Source of the DNA: Candidatus Zixiibacteriota bacterium
GTDB lineage: Bacteria; Zixibacteria; MSB-5A5; WJJR01
Direction of reading: 5' to 3'
Assembly: GCA_036170655.1 (NCBI GenBank)
Contig: JAVHPP010000078.1
Coordinates: forward strand, 1-13,214
DNA: 13,214 nucleotides
The notes beneath the pieces are model-generated. The model saw nothing but the letters and a program-made list of their open reading frames with translations, did not search any database and was not told the origin of the DNA. This document shows positions 6,692 to 13,214 of the stretch, one piece after another. Position 1 is the stretch's first letter; every line of letters begins with the position of its first letter. Position numbers and translations under genes: made by a program.

Positions 6692-6834
6692 GGTCAAAGC
6701 CGTTCCCGGTTGTAGTTGACTGGGGCGAATCGGTTCCCAGCAAGGTTGAAGCCGTGTGCTCCGGCGCCCAATGCGCTGCATAACGAATGTTGGTTGACCT
6801 CCGAAAGTCATGCGCACGGGGCGTGCGGTTCCCT

Positions 6835-7554
6835 TTACCGGACCACAAAAAAGAGGGCGGTCAGGACACCGGCAGCGGAGATGACAATGGCTGGCTCGGC
6901 CAGCTTCTCCAGCGTGGTGACGGGGGGGACCGGAGACAAGAAAGGGAGAGTGGAATCAGACAGGTTATGGAGGTGTGCCTTGGGGACCCAATCGCTCCAT
7001 GTGCTATCGGCCGCATTCGACCAGAGAAGCTGCCCCGATTCCATGTCCCAGATCTGCAATTGGAGGGAAAGGTCGAAGACACGCTGTACCCATATTTTTC
7101 CCAGAAAGGAGCGCCGGGCGCATTGAGGCAGCGACAGACGGAAACGGTCGAACCGGTAGCGTACCCCCCAGAGGACGCTCTGCGCCGTGTCGCCCCCGGG
7201 CGATTCCTGGACAACGTACCCGCGCTCGAACAACTCTCGCGCTGCGGTCTCCTCGAACCAGAAGTTCTTCGCCTGTCCGTCGGCGGGAGTGATCCAAAGC
7301 GGCTTGGGTCTGACGAATGGGAATCCATCGAAGATCTTTGCCGTGACGGACCGGATACCACCACGCACGAGTTGCGCGTGGGTCGGGTATGTGACCGTAG
7401 AGACAGCCGCCTTGACACCATCCGTGTCGGCCGGTGTTTCCTGCGCCCCAGCCGGATGGCGCAGGGACAGAGCGGCCATGATCACGAGCAGCAATGCAGA
7501 AAGATGCCTAAGGCGAGGGTGGGCCAATGAAGTCGGGACAGGCCGAGGGATCAT
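6835..7554 (-). CDS. Hypothetical exported protein with a Sec signal peptide and a C-terminal transmembrane anchor
   Basis: The signal peptide RLRHLSALLLVIMAALSLRHPAGA|QET leads into a mixed alpha/beta core. A Pro-rich linker precedes the hydrophobic C-terminus EPAIVISAAGVLTALFFVVR-stop. It is co-oriented between slt and bamD. The start is uncertain (ATG 7554 or TTG 7527). Confidence 0.75.
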   Translation of the reverse strand: MIPRPVPTSLAHPRLRHLSALLLVIMAALSLRHPAGAQETPADTDGVKAAVSTVTYPTHAQLVRGGIRSVTAKIFDGFPFVRPKPLWITPADGQAKNFWFEETAARELFERGYVVQESPGGDTAQSVLWGVRYRFDRFRLSLPQCARRSFLGKIWVQRVFDLSLQLQIWDMESGQLLWSNAADSTWSDWVPKAHLHNLSDSTLPFLSPVPPVTTLEKLAEPAIVISAAGVLTALFFVVR

Positions 7555-8203
7555 AGCGGCGTTGCAATCGTTGGTATTCCTTCAGGACGCGGCGCAGATA
7601 CGACTGCGGCAGAGTGAGCCCCTCCGAGAGCATTCCGCGCACGGCCGACTCTCCATAATTGTAAGCAATTAGTGCCTTCTCGACACTCCCAAATTTCAGC
7701 ACGAGATCAAAAAGATAGTCGATGCCCAGCCGAACATTGATGATCGGCTGGAACAGATTGTGGTCTCCGGACCACTCCCAGCCCAGCTTGGAGACGACGG
7801 CACGAGCAGTAGCCGGTTTGACCTGCATGAGGCCGCAGGCGCCGTTTGATGATATGGCGCGTGGCCCGAACGACGATTCCACCTGGATCATTGCCAGAAC
7901 CAGCAACGGATCGAATCCATGCGAGCGGCTGCATTGGTCGATATGTGCAGCCAATTGGGCCTCACCCGTCGGTGTGAGATTCGTATGCATGTCTTCGATC
8001 ACTTCGAGGACCTTCAGACGCTCCTTCAGCTGGCGAATCTCCACGTCTTGATGTTTGATGGTCTGCTTCTGTGCGATATTTTCGCGCAGCAGGACACCCA
8101 ACCCCACGGTCTGTCCGGCCCAGATCAGCGCCAAGACAGCGGCGATCGGCCAACTGATGATCACCGCGGCGCGCCGGAGTGATGGGCGTCCATTCGTGGT
8201 CAT
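7508..8203 (-). CDS. Membrane-anchored lytic transglycosylase (SLT domain) with coiled-coil stalk
   Basis: An N-terminal TM helix and a coiled coil (IKHQDVEIRQLKERLKVLE) precede the SLT motifs DPLLVLAMIQVESSF (catalytic Glu), AISSNGACGLMQV, NVRLGIDYL and ALIAYNYG. The start overlaps the rimO stop (ATGA at 8200-8203). Confidence 0.93.
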   Translation of the reverse strand: MTTNGRPSLRRAAVIISWPIAAVLALIWAGQTVGLGVLLRENIAQKQTIKHQDVEIRQLKERLKVLEVIEDMHTNLTPTGEAQLAAHIDQCSRSHGFDPLLVLAMIQVESSFGPRAISSNGACGLMQVKPATARAVVSKLGWEWSGDHNLFQPIINVRLGIDYLFDLVLKFGSVEKALIAYNYGESAVRGMLSEGLTLPQSYLRRVLKEYQRLQRRYDPSACPDFIGPPSP

Positions 8204-9612
8204 CGCATACTCCGTCGCACGCCGGTCAAGGCAATATCCCGATGGCTGATTGACATTGTTTCTTCCACAAGCCGGCCGGACAAATCAACGCCGGTGGCTT
8301 CCTCGATGACGACGTGGTACAGGCCGGTTCGGTCGGCCTCGCCGGATACGATCACCTGGCCATCGATTTCCGGGGCATCGTGGACGGTCCGTCCCAGCCA
8401 CGTGTTTCCGAGACGCCGTTCCAGCAGACAGGGGATCGTCAACCCGATCTTGTCAACCGACATTTCTGATGACCACTCATCAAACGCCTGATTCAACCGC
8501 GCCTGCCGTTCACGCGCGACTGCCTCCGGCACCGTGCTGGTCATCTGGCCGGACGGGGTTTCCTCCTCGCGCGAGTAGACGAAAACGCCCAACCGCTCAA
8601 AGGCATTGTCCTCGGCGAACAGGCAGAGTTCCTCGAAGTCGTCCTCAGTCTCGCCGGGGTGACCGACGATAAAGGTTGTCCTCAACGCCAGGCCGGGGCA
8701 CGCGGCCCGGAGACGGTCGATTTTCTCCTGCGTCTCGCCGTGCGTGATGTGACGATTCATGATCTCGAGCATGCGGTCGCTGATGTGTTGCAGCGGCATG
8801 TCGAGATATGGCACGATCTTCTCACTATCGGCGATGGCGCCGATCTGACGGTCGGTCAGGAACGCAGGGTGCGCGTACATGAGGCGGATCCAGAATTGTC
8901 CGTCGATCCGATCAATGGCGCGCAGGAGAACGGATAGTTCGTTGCTTCCCCCGAAATCAAAACCCCAAGAGGTCGTATCCTGCGCGACGAGGATGATCTC
9001 CTTCGTCCCGGCGGCGACCAGTCCACGGATTTCAGCGACGATGGATGTCAGAGGACGCGAACGCAAGCGTCCGCGAATCAGCGGAATGGCACAGAAACGG
9101 CAGGCATTGTCACACCCATCTGAGATCTTCACATAGGCCGATAGGGGAACTGCCTGGCCCGCGGGCCATACGGTCAACATTTCATCATCGCGGTACGTCC
9201 GACCCGGCTTCTCGATCCAGCACGCTGGCGCTCCGCTGGGTGATGCATCCATCGCCTTCAAAACCAAATCGGGCCGGTCGAAACCGACGATCGCGTCGAT
9301 CTCCTTGATCTCTGAGGCCAGTTGTTGCCCGTACCGTTGCGCCAGACAGCCAGTCACAATCAGTTTGCGATGTTTGGTCTTGGAATCGGCCTTCCGTTGC
9401 ACGGATTCCCAGATTGCGTCCAAGGACTCAATCTTTGTGGGCTCGATGAACCCGCACGTGTTGACGATCTCGACGTCCGCCATTTCCGGACTGTCTACCA
9501 CGACCCAGCCGGCACGTGCCAGATGCCGTGCCAACACGCTCCCATCGACCTCATTCTTAGGGCATCCGAGAGTGCGCAGGTAGACGCGACGTATAGGCAT
9601 GGATTGATCCAT
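8200..9612 (-). CDS. rimO: Ribosomal protein S12 methylthiotransferase RimO (radical SAM)
   Basis: UPF0004 motifs TLGCPKNEVD, VNTCGFI and VTGCLAQRY; radical SAM motif KISDGCDNACRFCAIP; AQDTTSWG, WIRLMYAHP, YLDMPLQH, LRTTFIVGHPGET; C-terminal TRAM domain with DAPEIDG, which is RimO-typical. The start could be TTG 9621, ATG 9612 or ATG 9600. Confidence 0.95.
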   Translation of the reverse strand: MDQSMPIRRVYLRTLGCPKNEVDGSVLARHLARAGWVVVDSPEMADVEIVNTCGFIEPTKIESLDAIWESVQRKADSKTKHRKLIVTGCLAQRYGQQLASEIKEIDAIVGFDRPDLVLKAMDASPSGAPACWIEKPGRTYRDDEMLTVWPAGQAVPLSAYVKISDGCDNACRFCAIPLIRGRLRSRPLTSIVAEIRGLVAAGTKEIILVAQDTTSWGFDFGGSNELSVLLRAIDRIDGQFWIRLMYAHPAFLTDRQIGAIADSEKIVPYLDMPLQHISDRMLEIMNRHITHGETQEKIDRLRAACPGLALRTTFIVGHPGETEDDFEELCLFAEDNAFERLGVFVYSREEETPSGQMTSTVPEAVARERQARLNQAFDEWSSEMSVDKIGLTIPCLLERRLGNTWLGRTVHDAPEIDGQVIVSGEADRTGLYHVVIEEATGVDLSGRLVEETMSISHRDIALTGVRRSMR

Positions 9613-9672
9613 AGGGGTCAAACACGAACCGTTGTGTTGATGCGTAAAGATAAGGTACGAAAGCGGAGAACG

Positions 9673-10359
9673 CTACCCTTTTCTTGCGGGCAGAACGATG
9701 ATTTCGGTACCGGCGGGGGGCGTAAGTGTAAAGCGCCCTTTGTCTTTCGAGGAATCGGGGCGGTAATCCAAAAACTTCATCCGTGAGACTTCTTCGTTGT
9801 AATCCACGTATTCAGCGGCTGCCGGAAGGTTCGTTTTGACTTCGATCCACAGGGTAAGTCGTTGAAGCGCTGCCGTTTCCGTCTTGGCGGCTAAGCGGAC
9901 TCGCCAGCAGACGACCTGATCTAATGTGTCCATCTGGCAGTCGACGGGAAAGAAGTCCGTACGAATAGACCCGAAGAATCCGGCTGGTCCAAACTCGAGC
10001 GAGTCGAGCCCCCCCGTGCGAATAGTCACTTGGCGGGATGCTGCGTTGTAACTCCACAATGTATCGAGCCCGCGTACATACGTTTGCGAACCGGTCTCCA
10101 CCCGATAACGTTGGGGAGGGGCCAGCCAAAGCGTGCCCTTTTCCGTGGGGCGTTCGCCAAAGACCAGCGAGCGAGATTCCTTGGTGTAGTTCACACGAAG
10201 AGTCTTATGCGACTTGACCGTTTCCTCGAAAATGGTCAGTGCGGAGTCAGCGCTGCAAGCAGACGCGTGCACGGACAGCGCGAGCGGGTACGCCACACCC
10301 GCGACCACCGCCAGAACAATCGGCCATCGGGAAGCGAGCGCTTTTGAAATACGTGCCAT
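9673..10359 (-). CDS. lolA: Outer-membrane lipoprotein carrier LolA-family protein
   Basis: A signal peptide followed by EKGTLWLAPPQRYRVET..QTYV....TLWSYNAASRQVTI, LTLWI..KTNLP and the C-terminal FTLTPPAGTEII. It lies immediately downstream of ftsK, the classic ftsK-lolA order. Confidence 0.88.
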   Translation of the reverse strand: MARISKALASRWPIVLAVVAGVAYPLALSVHASACSADSALTIFEETVKSHKTLRVNYTKESRSLVFGERPTEKGTLWLAPPQRYRVETGSQTYVRGLDTLWSYNAASRQVTIRTGGLDSLEFGPAGFFGSIRTDFFPVDCQMDTLDQVVCWRVRLAAKTETAALQRLTLWIEVKTNLPAAAEYVDYNEEVSRMKFLDYRPDSSKDKGRFTLTPPAGTEIIVLPARKG

Positions 10360-10430
10360 CGTTCGTCAGGAAACTTGGCCGGAGAAAGTTTGGCAGGTCA
10401 CGGGTCACCCATCCGGCATTTCAACAGGCA

Positions 10431-10495
10431 AGATGCGATCCGTCGGGCCCCAAGTCTACAAGCTTATATGCTGGGGCCGTCGGCGGATCCGATCT
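10431..10495. repeat. GC-rich inverted repeat (hairpin) directly after the ftsK stop
   Basis: GATCCGTCG-GGCCCCA (10437-10452) pairs with TGGGGCC-gt-CGGCGGATC (10472-10489), with one wobble/mismatch and a 2-nt bulge. Outer AGAT/ATCT extends the stem. There is no strong U-tract on the minus strand. Confidence 0.55.
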
Positions 10496-12784
10496 TTATT
10501 GGGGGGTCTTGGCAAATTTCTCTTCGAAATCCGCGCGTGTCCAGAGGACTTCACGTGCCTTGCTGCCGTCATAGGGGCCGACAACTCCGGCCTCCTCGAG
10601 TTTGTCAATCAAGCGTGCCGCACGTTGATAACCGACCCCGAGGCGTCTCTGGAGGAGAGAGACAGATCCCTGCTTGTGCCGGACCACCAGTTCCGCTGCC
10701 TGGTAGAAAAGGAGATCTCCATGATCGTCATCGTTGTCGGTGTCCGTTTCCGGGTTTTCGGCGATAACCGGGTCGGGTTCTGCATTGTGGTTCTGCCGTT
10801 TGAGGAAGTCCACGATGGCCGTGGTTTCCTGGCTGGAGATGTAGGCGCCGTGGACACGCATGGGTTCCGGCTGACCGGGGGCGAGATAGAGCATGTCACC
10901 GCGTCCGACGAGCTTCTCGGCCCCATTGCCGTCAAGCACAGTGCGTGAATCGACCTTCGTCGCCACTTGAAACGCGATCCGGCAGGAGAAATTGGCCTTG
11001 ATCAGGCCCGTGATGACGTCCACCGATGGGCGTTGCGTGGCCAGAATCAGATGAATCCCCACGGCGCGCGCCATCTGCGCCAGACGGGTGATGAGCATCT
11101 CGATCCGTGCGGCTGACTGGCTCATCATCAGGTCCGCCAGTTCGTCAACGACGATCACAAGGTATGGGAGCCGTTTCTCGGGAGTGATCTGGCTGTTGTA
11201 GTCCGCGATGTTACGGACACCGCATGACGCCAGTGTCTTGTAGCGCTCCTCCATTTCCCGCACCGCGTCGGCGAGCAGGCGCTCGGCCCCTCGCGGTTGT
11301 GTGACGACCGCGCGCTCCAGATGGGGGATGCCCTGATACATGGACAGCTCCAGCATCTTGGGGTCAATGAAGAGCAGGCGCACATCACGCGGATGGTGAC
11401 GGAACAGCAACGATGTAATGATCACATTGATGCAGACGCTCTTGCCCGATCCAGTCGATCCGGCGATCAAGAGATGAGGCATTGCCGCCAGATCGGCCAC
11501 GAATGGCTTCCCCTCGATGGTCACCCCCAACGCCAATGGCAACGAGGCATCGGACTCGACAAACGCGGGATCTGCGAGAACGCGGGCCAGCGACACGATT
11601 TCCGGGTCGGCATTGGGAATCTCGATACCGACGGCCGGCTTACCGGGGATTGGCGCGACCACACGGACGCGCGAGGCGGACAGCGCCAGCGCGAGGTCGT
11701 CAGAGAGTCCGACGATCTGATTGACCTTCACGCCAGCCGCTGGGCGGAACTCGTACCGTGTGATGACTGGTCCGGGGAAACTCTGAATCTCTCCCTCGAC
11801 GCCAATGTCAAAGGTCTTCAGCGCCTGCAGGAGTAGTTCGGGGCCACGTGTGTCCGACCGGCGCCGGGGTGTCTTTTCCGGAGGCTGCAGCAGCTCCAGC
11901 GATGGGAATTCGTAGCCGGGGTCAGCCGTCGCGTCCCGCCGTGTCACGCGACGCGACGACACGGAATGAATTGTATCGCGCGCTGCATCCCCTCCCGTCT
12001 TTTCTGCGGCGGATTCTCCATTTGGTGTGCGGAATCCGATCGCCGCATTGACAGACTGCATATCCGGAGGAACGGAAGCAGTGGATTCTGCAGACTCAGA
12101 CGGAGTCCTTTCGGCGCGGCGATGAGTCAGGCAGGCCCATCGTTCTGCCAGCCATGCGCGTAATTTCCTGAGATAGGCGGGGCGTTCCCGTCGGCGAGTC
12201 TTCGCCGGCTTCTTGCGTTGCAACCATGCCGGTAACGTCAGGCCTTTTGGTTTCCAGGGGATGGTCCAGTAGGCCGCGACGAGCAAGATGGCTCCGAGGA
12301 CCAAAGACCCGCCCAGCACGCCAAGAAGGTCCGCGAAGGATTCGGCAAAGAGACGGCCCCACCAACCGGAGATGGTTTCGACTCCGGCTCTCCATGGGGT
12401 TCCCGCTTTGGCGGCATGCAGATCCGTCAGGATGCCAAAGAGAAAGACGGCGGCCCACACGCCTGCAAGAGTCCAAAAGGGGCGGCGGCGCTGAATCAAG
12501 AACAATCGTTTGACCCCGAATGCGCCGAGTGCGGCCAGCATCAGCCAAGCCGACCAGCCCAGCCATTCAAAGAGCACGTACGACACCAGCGCGCCGACCG
12601 CGCCGGCCTGGTTTCGCAGGTAATAGTCTCCCCGCCATGCCTCGTCACGATCGGCCGTGATCCAGCGATCATCCCCGGCCGTGTGCGTCACCAGAGACAG
12701 CAGACAAAAAAGAGCGAGGAGAATGAGCAAAAAGCCGAAAAGCTCATTCTTACGCTTATACGAAATTTTGGAAAACCACTTCAC
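10496..12784 (-). CDS. ftsK: DNA translocase FtsK
   Basis: N-terminal multi-TM domain (NQAGAVGALVS); alpha domain GPVITRYE...GVKV; Walker A HLLIAGSTGSGKS; IDPKMLELS; Walker B IVVDELADLMM; ARAVGIHLILATQRPSVDVITG; gamma domain SVSLLQRRLGVGYQRAARLID. I set the start at GTG 12784 (preceded by AGGGAAAGG) rather than 12946. Confidence 0.97.
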   Translation of the reverse strand: MKWFSKISYKRKNELFGFLLILLALFCLLSLVTHTAGDDRWITADRDEAWRGDYYLRNQAGAVGALVSYVLFEWLGWSAWLMLAALGAFGVKRLFLIQRRRPFWTLAGVWAAVFLFGILTDLHAAKAGTPWRAGVETISGWWGRLFAESFADLLGVLGGSLVLGAILLVAAYWTIPWKPKGLTLPAWLQRKKPAKTRRRERPAYLRKLRAWLAERWACLTHRRAERTPSESAESTASVPPDMQSVNAAIGFRTPNGESAAEKTGGDAARDTIHSVSSRRVTRRDATADPGYEFPSLELLQPPEKTPRRRSDTRGPELLLQALKTFDIGVEGEIQSFPGPVITRYEFRPAAGVKVNQIVGLSDDLALALSASRVRVVAPIPGKPAVGIEIPNADPEIVSLARVLADPAFVESDASLPLALGVTIEGKPFVADLAAMPHLLIAGSTGSGKSVCINVIITSLLFRHHPRDVRLLFIDPKMLELSMYQGIPHLERAVVTQPRGAERLLADAVREMEERYKTLASCGVRNIADYNSQITPEKRLPYLVIVVDELADLMMSQSAARIEMLITRLAQMARAVGIHLILATQRPSVDVITGLIKANFSCRIAFQVATKVDSRTVLDGNGAEKLVGRGDMLYLAPGQPEPMRVHGAYISSQETTAIVDFLKRQNHNAEPDPVIAENPETDTDNDDDHGDLLFYQAAELVVRHKQGSVSLLQRRLGVGYQRAARLIDKLEEAGVVGPYDGSKAREVLWTRADFEEKFAKTPQ

Positions 12785-12845
12785 AGAAGCGGCCTTTCCC
12801 TGACCAATGCCGTTGGTACTGCACGGTCCCCCCTGGACCGTCGGC

Positions 12846-12874
12846 AAACAACCGGTGCGGATGGCGTCTGTCAA
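12846..12874 (-). promoter_or_regulatory. Possible ftsK operon promoter
   Basis: A perfect -35 TTGACA lies on the minus strand (12874-12869), but the -10 at 17 bp is weak (TTGTTT). It is followed in the leader by the hairpin ACGGTCC-N5-GGACCGT (12823-12841). Confidence 0.3.
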
Positions 12875-12949
12875 TGGGAAATGCGACGTCTTTAGGCGTT
12901 CCTTGAATTGCGCGGTTTTCAAGTCATGCAGGAAACGCTGAACCATTTG

Positions 12950-13043
12950 CCCTTACCCCTACAGGGCCTGCGGCAGGACCTTCGGCGGACAAGGGGCTTA
13001 AAGCCGCTTGCCCTCGCCGCGCGAGATGAGACAAGGGTAAGGG
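12950..13043 (-). repeat. Nested inverted-repeat element (REP/MITE-like or structured RNA)
   Basis: Perfect terminal inverted repeat CCCTTACCC (12950-12958) / GGGTAAGGG (13035-13043). It encloses the imperfect palindrome GACAAGGGGC-TTAAA-GCCGCTTGCC and smaller hairpins. Confidence 0.55.
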
Positions 13044-13127
13044 TGTACCGTGCTTCGTGCTTGGACCGCCCTGCGGCCAGGTGGGTTATTCAACACGCCC
13101 AAAAGAGGTGGAGCTCTCGGAGCCCTG

Positions 13128-13164
13128 AGAAAACAGAAAGGGGCGCCCTTTGGCGCCCCTGCTG
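13128..13164 (-). terminator. Rho-independent terminator of an upstream minus-strand gene
   Basis: Minus strand reads AGGGGCGCC-AAAG-GGCGCCCCT (a perfect 9-bp stem, 13139-13160) followed by TTCTGTTTTC. Confidence 0.8.
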
Positions 13165-13187
13165 CTCCACATACAAGACTTGCATGA

Positions 13188-13214
13188 TTACGGCCGCGGA
13201 CATGTCTCGTTGCA
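13188..13214 (-). CDS. Possible last codons of an upstream gene (...CNETCPRP-stop)
   Basis: One minus-strand frame ends with TAA at 13190-13188, about 27 nt before the terminator stem. The other two frames read into the terminator. Only 8 codons are visible. Confidence 0.35.
   Translation of the reverse strand, partial: CNETCPRP

Noticed and set aside
6648..6848. 67-aa N-terminal extension of BamD in the ORF track
   Set aside because: It would bury the lipoprotein signal peptide and overlap the upstream gene. ATG 6647 has an RBS.
6787..7530. 247-aa plus-strand ORF, and other long antisense/alternate-frame ORFs such as 10214-10948, 11297-11836, 4123-4650 and 43-519
   Set aside because: These are shadow ORFs overlapping well-supported genes, with no recognisable motifs. 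Such ORFs are expected in GC-rich DNA.
3619..9612. Mycofactocin/RiPP-like cluster (creatininase-family enzyme, radical SAM and glycosyltransferase-like gene)
   Set aside because: The radical SAM is clearly RimO (UPF0004 + TRAM, no SPASM domain), and no precursor peptide or MftB-like chaperone is present.
9647..9675. Possible internal rimO promoter (TAGCGT-17-TATCTT, minus strand)
   Set aside because: The -35 is poor and overlaps the lolA stop codon, which is too weak to call.
12785..12946. 54-aa N-terminal extension of FtsK in the ORF track
   Set aside because: It does not look like FtsK sequence and overlaps a TTGACA element and a leader hairpin. GTG 12784 with a purine-rich RBS gives the normal basic N-terminus before TM1.
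12950..13043. tRNA, SRP RNA or 6S RNA identity for the structured element
   Set aside because: It has no T-loop GTTCRA or D-loop consensus, no SRP domain IV (CAGG...GGAA...AGCAG) motif and no convincing 6S central bubble.

Overview
GC-rich (roughly 60% by eye) Gram-negative bacterial DNA with two convergent blocks meeting at about 3529-3618. The + strand block (1-3528) is the 3' end of a putative extracellular electron-transfer (EET) operon. It holds the C-terminal six hemes of a repeat-built multiheme c-type cytochrome, a translationally coupled outer-membrane beta-barrel, and a membrane-anchored 2x[Fe-S] ferredoxin fused to a TrxB/YpdA-like flavoprotein. The flavoprotein motifs are in circularly permuted order, it lacks the redox CxxC, and one Fe-S motif has Cys replaced by His. 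The - strand block (3619-12784) is a mostly housekeeping/envelope string: ftsK, lolA, rimO, an SLT lytic transglycosylase, an exported hypothetical protein, bamD, nadD, a motif-degenerate DUF2064 (CofC-like) protein and a creatininase-family amidohydrolase. The right end carries a structured GC-rich intergenic element, a minus-strand intrinsic terminator and possibly the last codons of an upstream gene. I see no rRNA, tRNA, CRISPR array or transposase. Gene content would fit an FCB-superphylum lineage such as Zixibacteria, but that is unverified inference. All family calls come from motif recognition by eye, not database searches.
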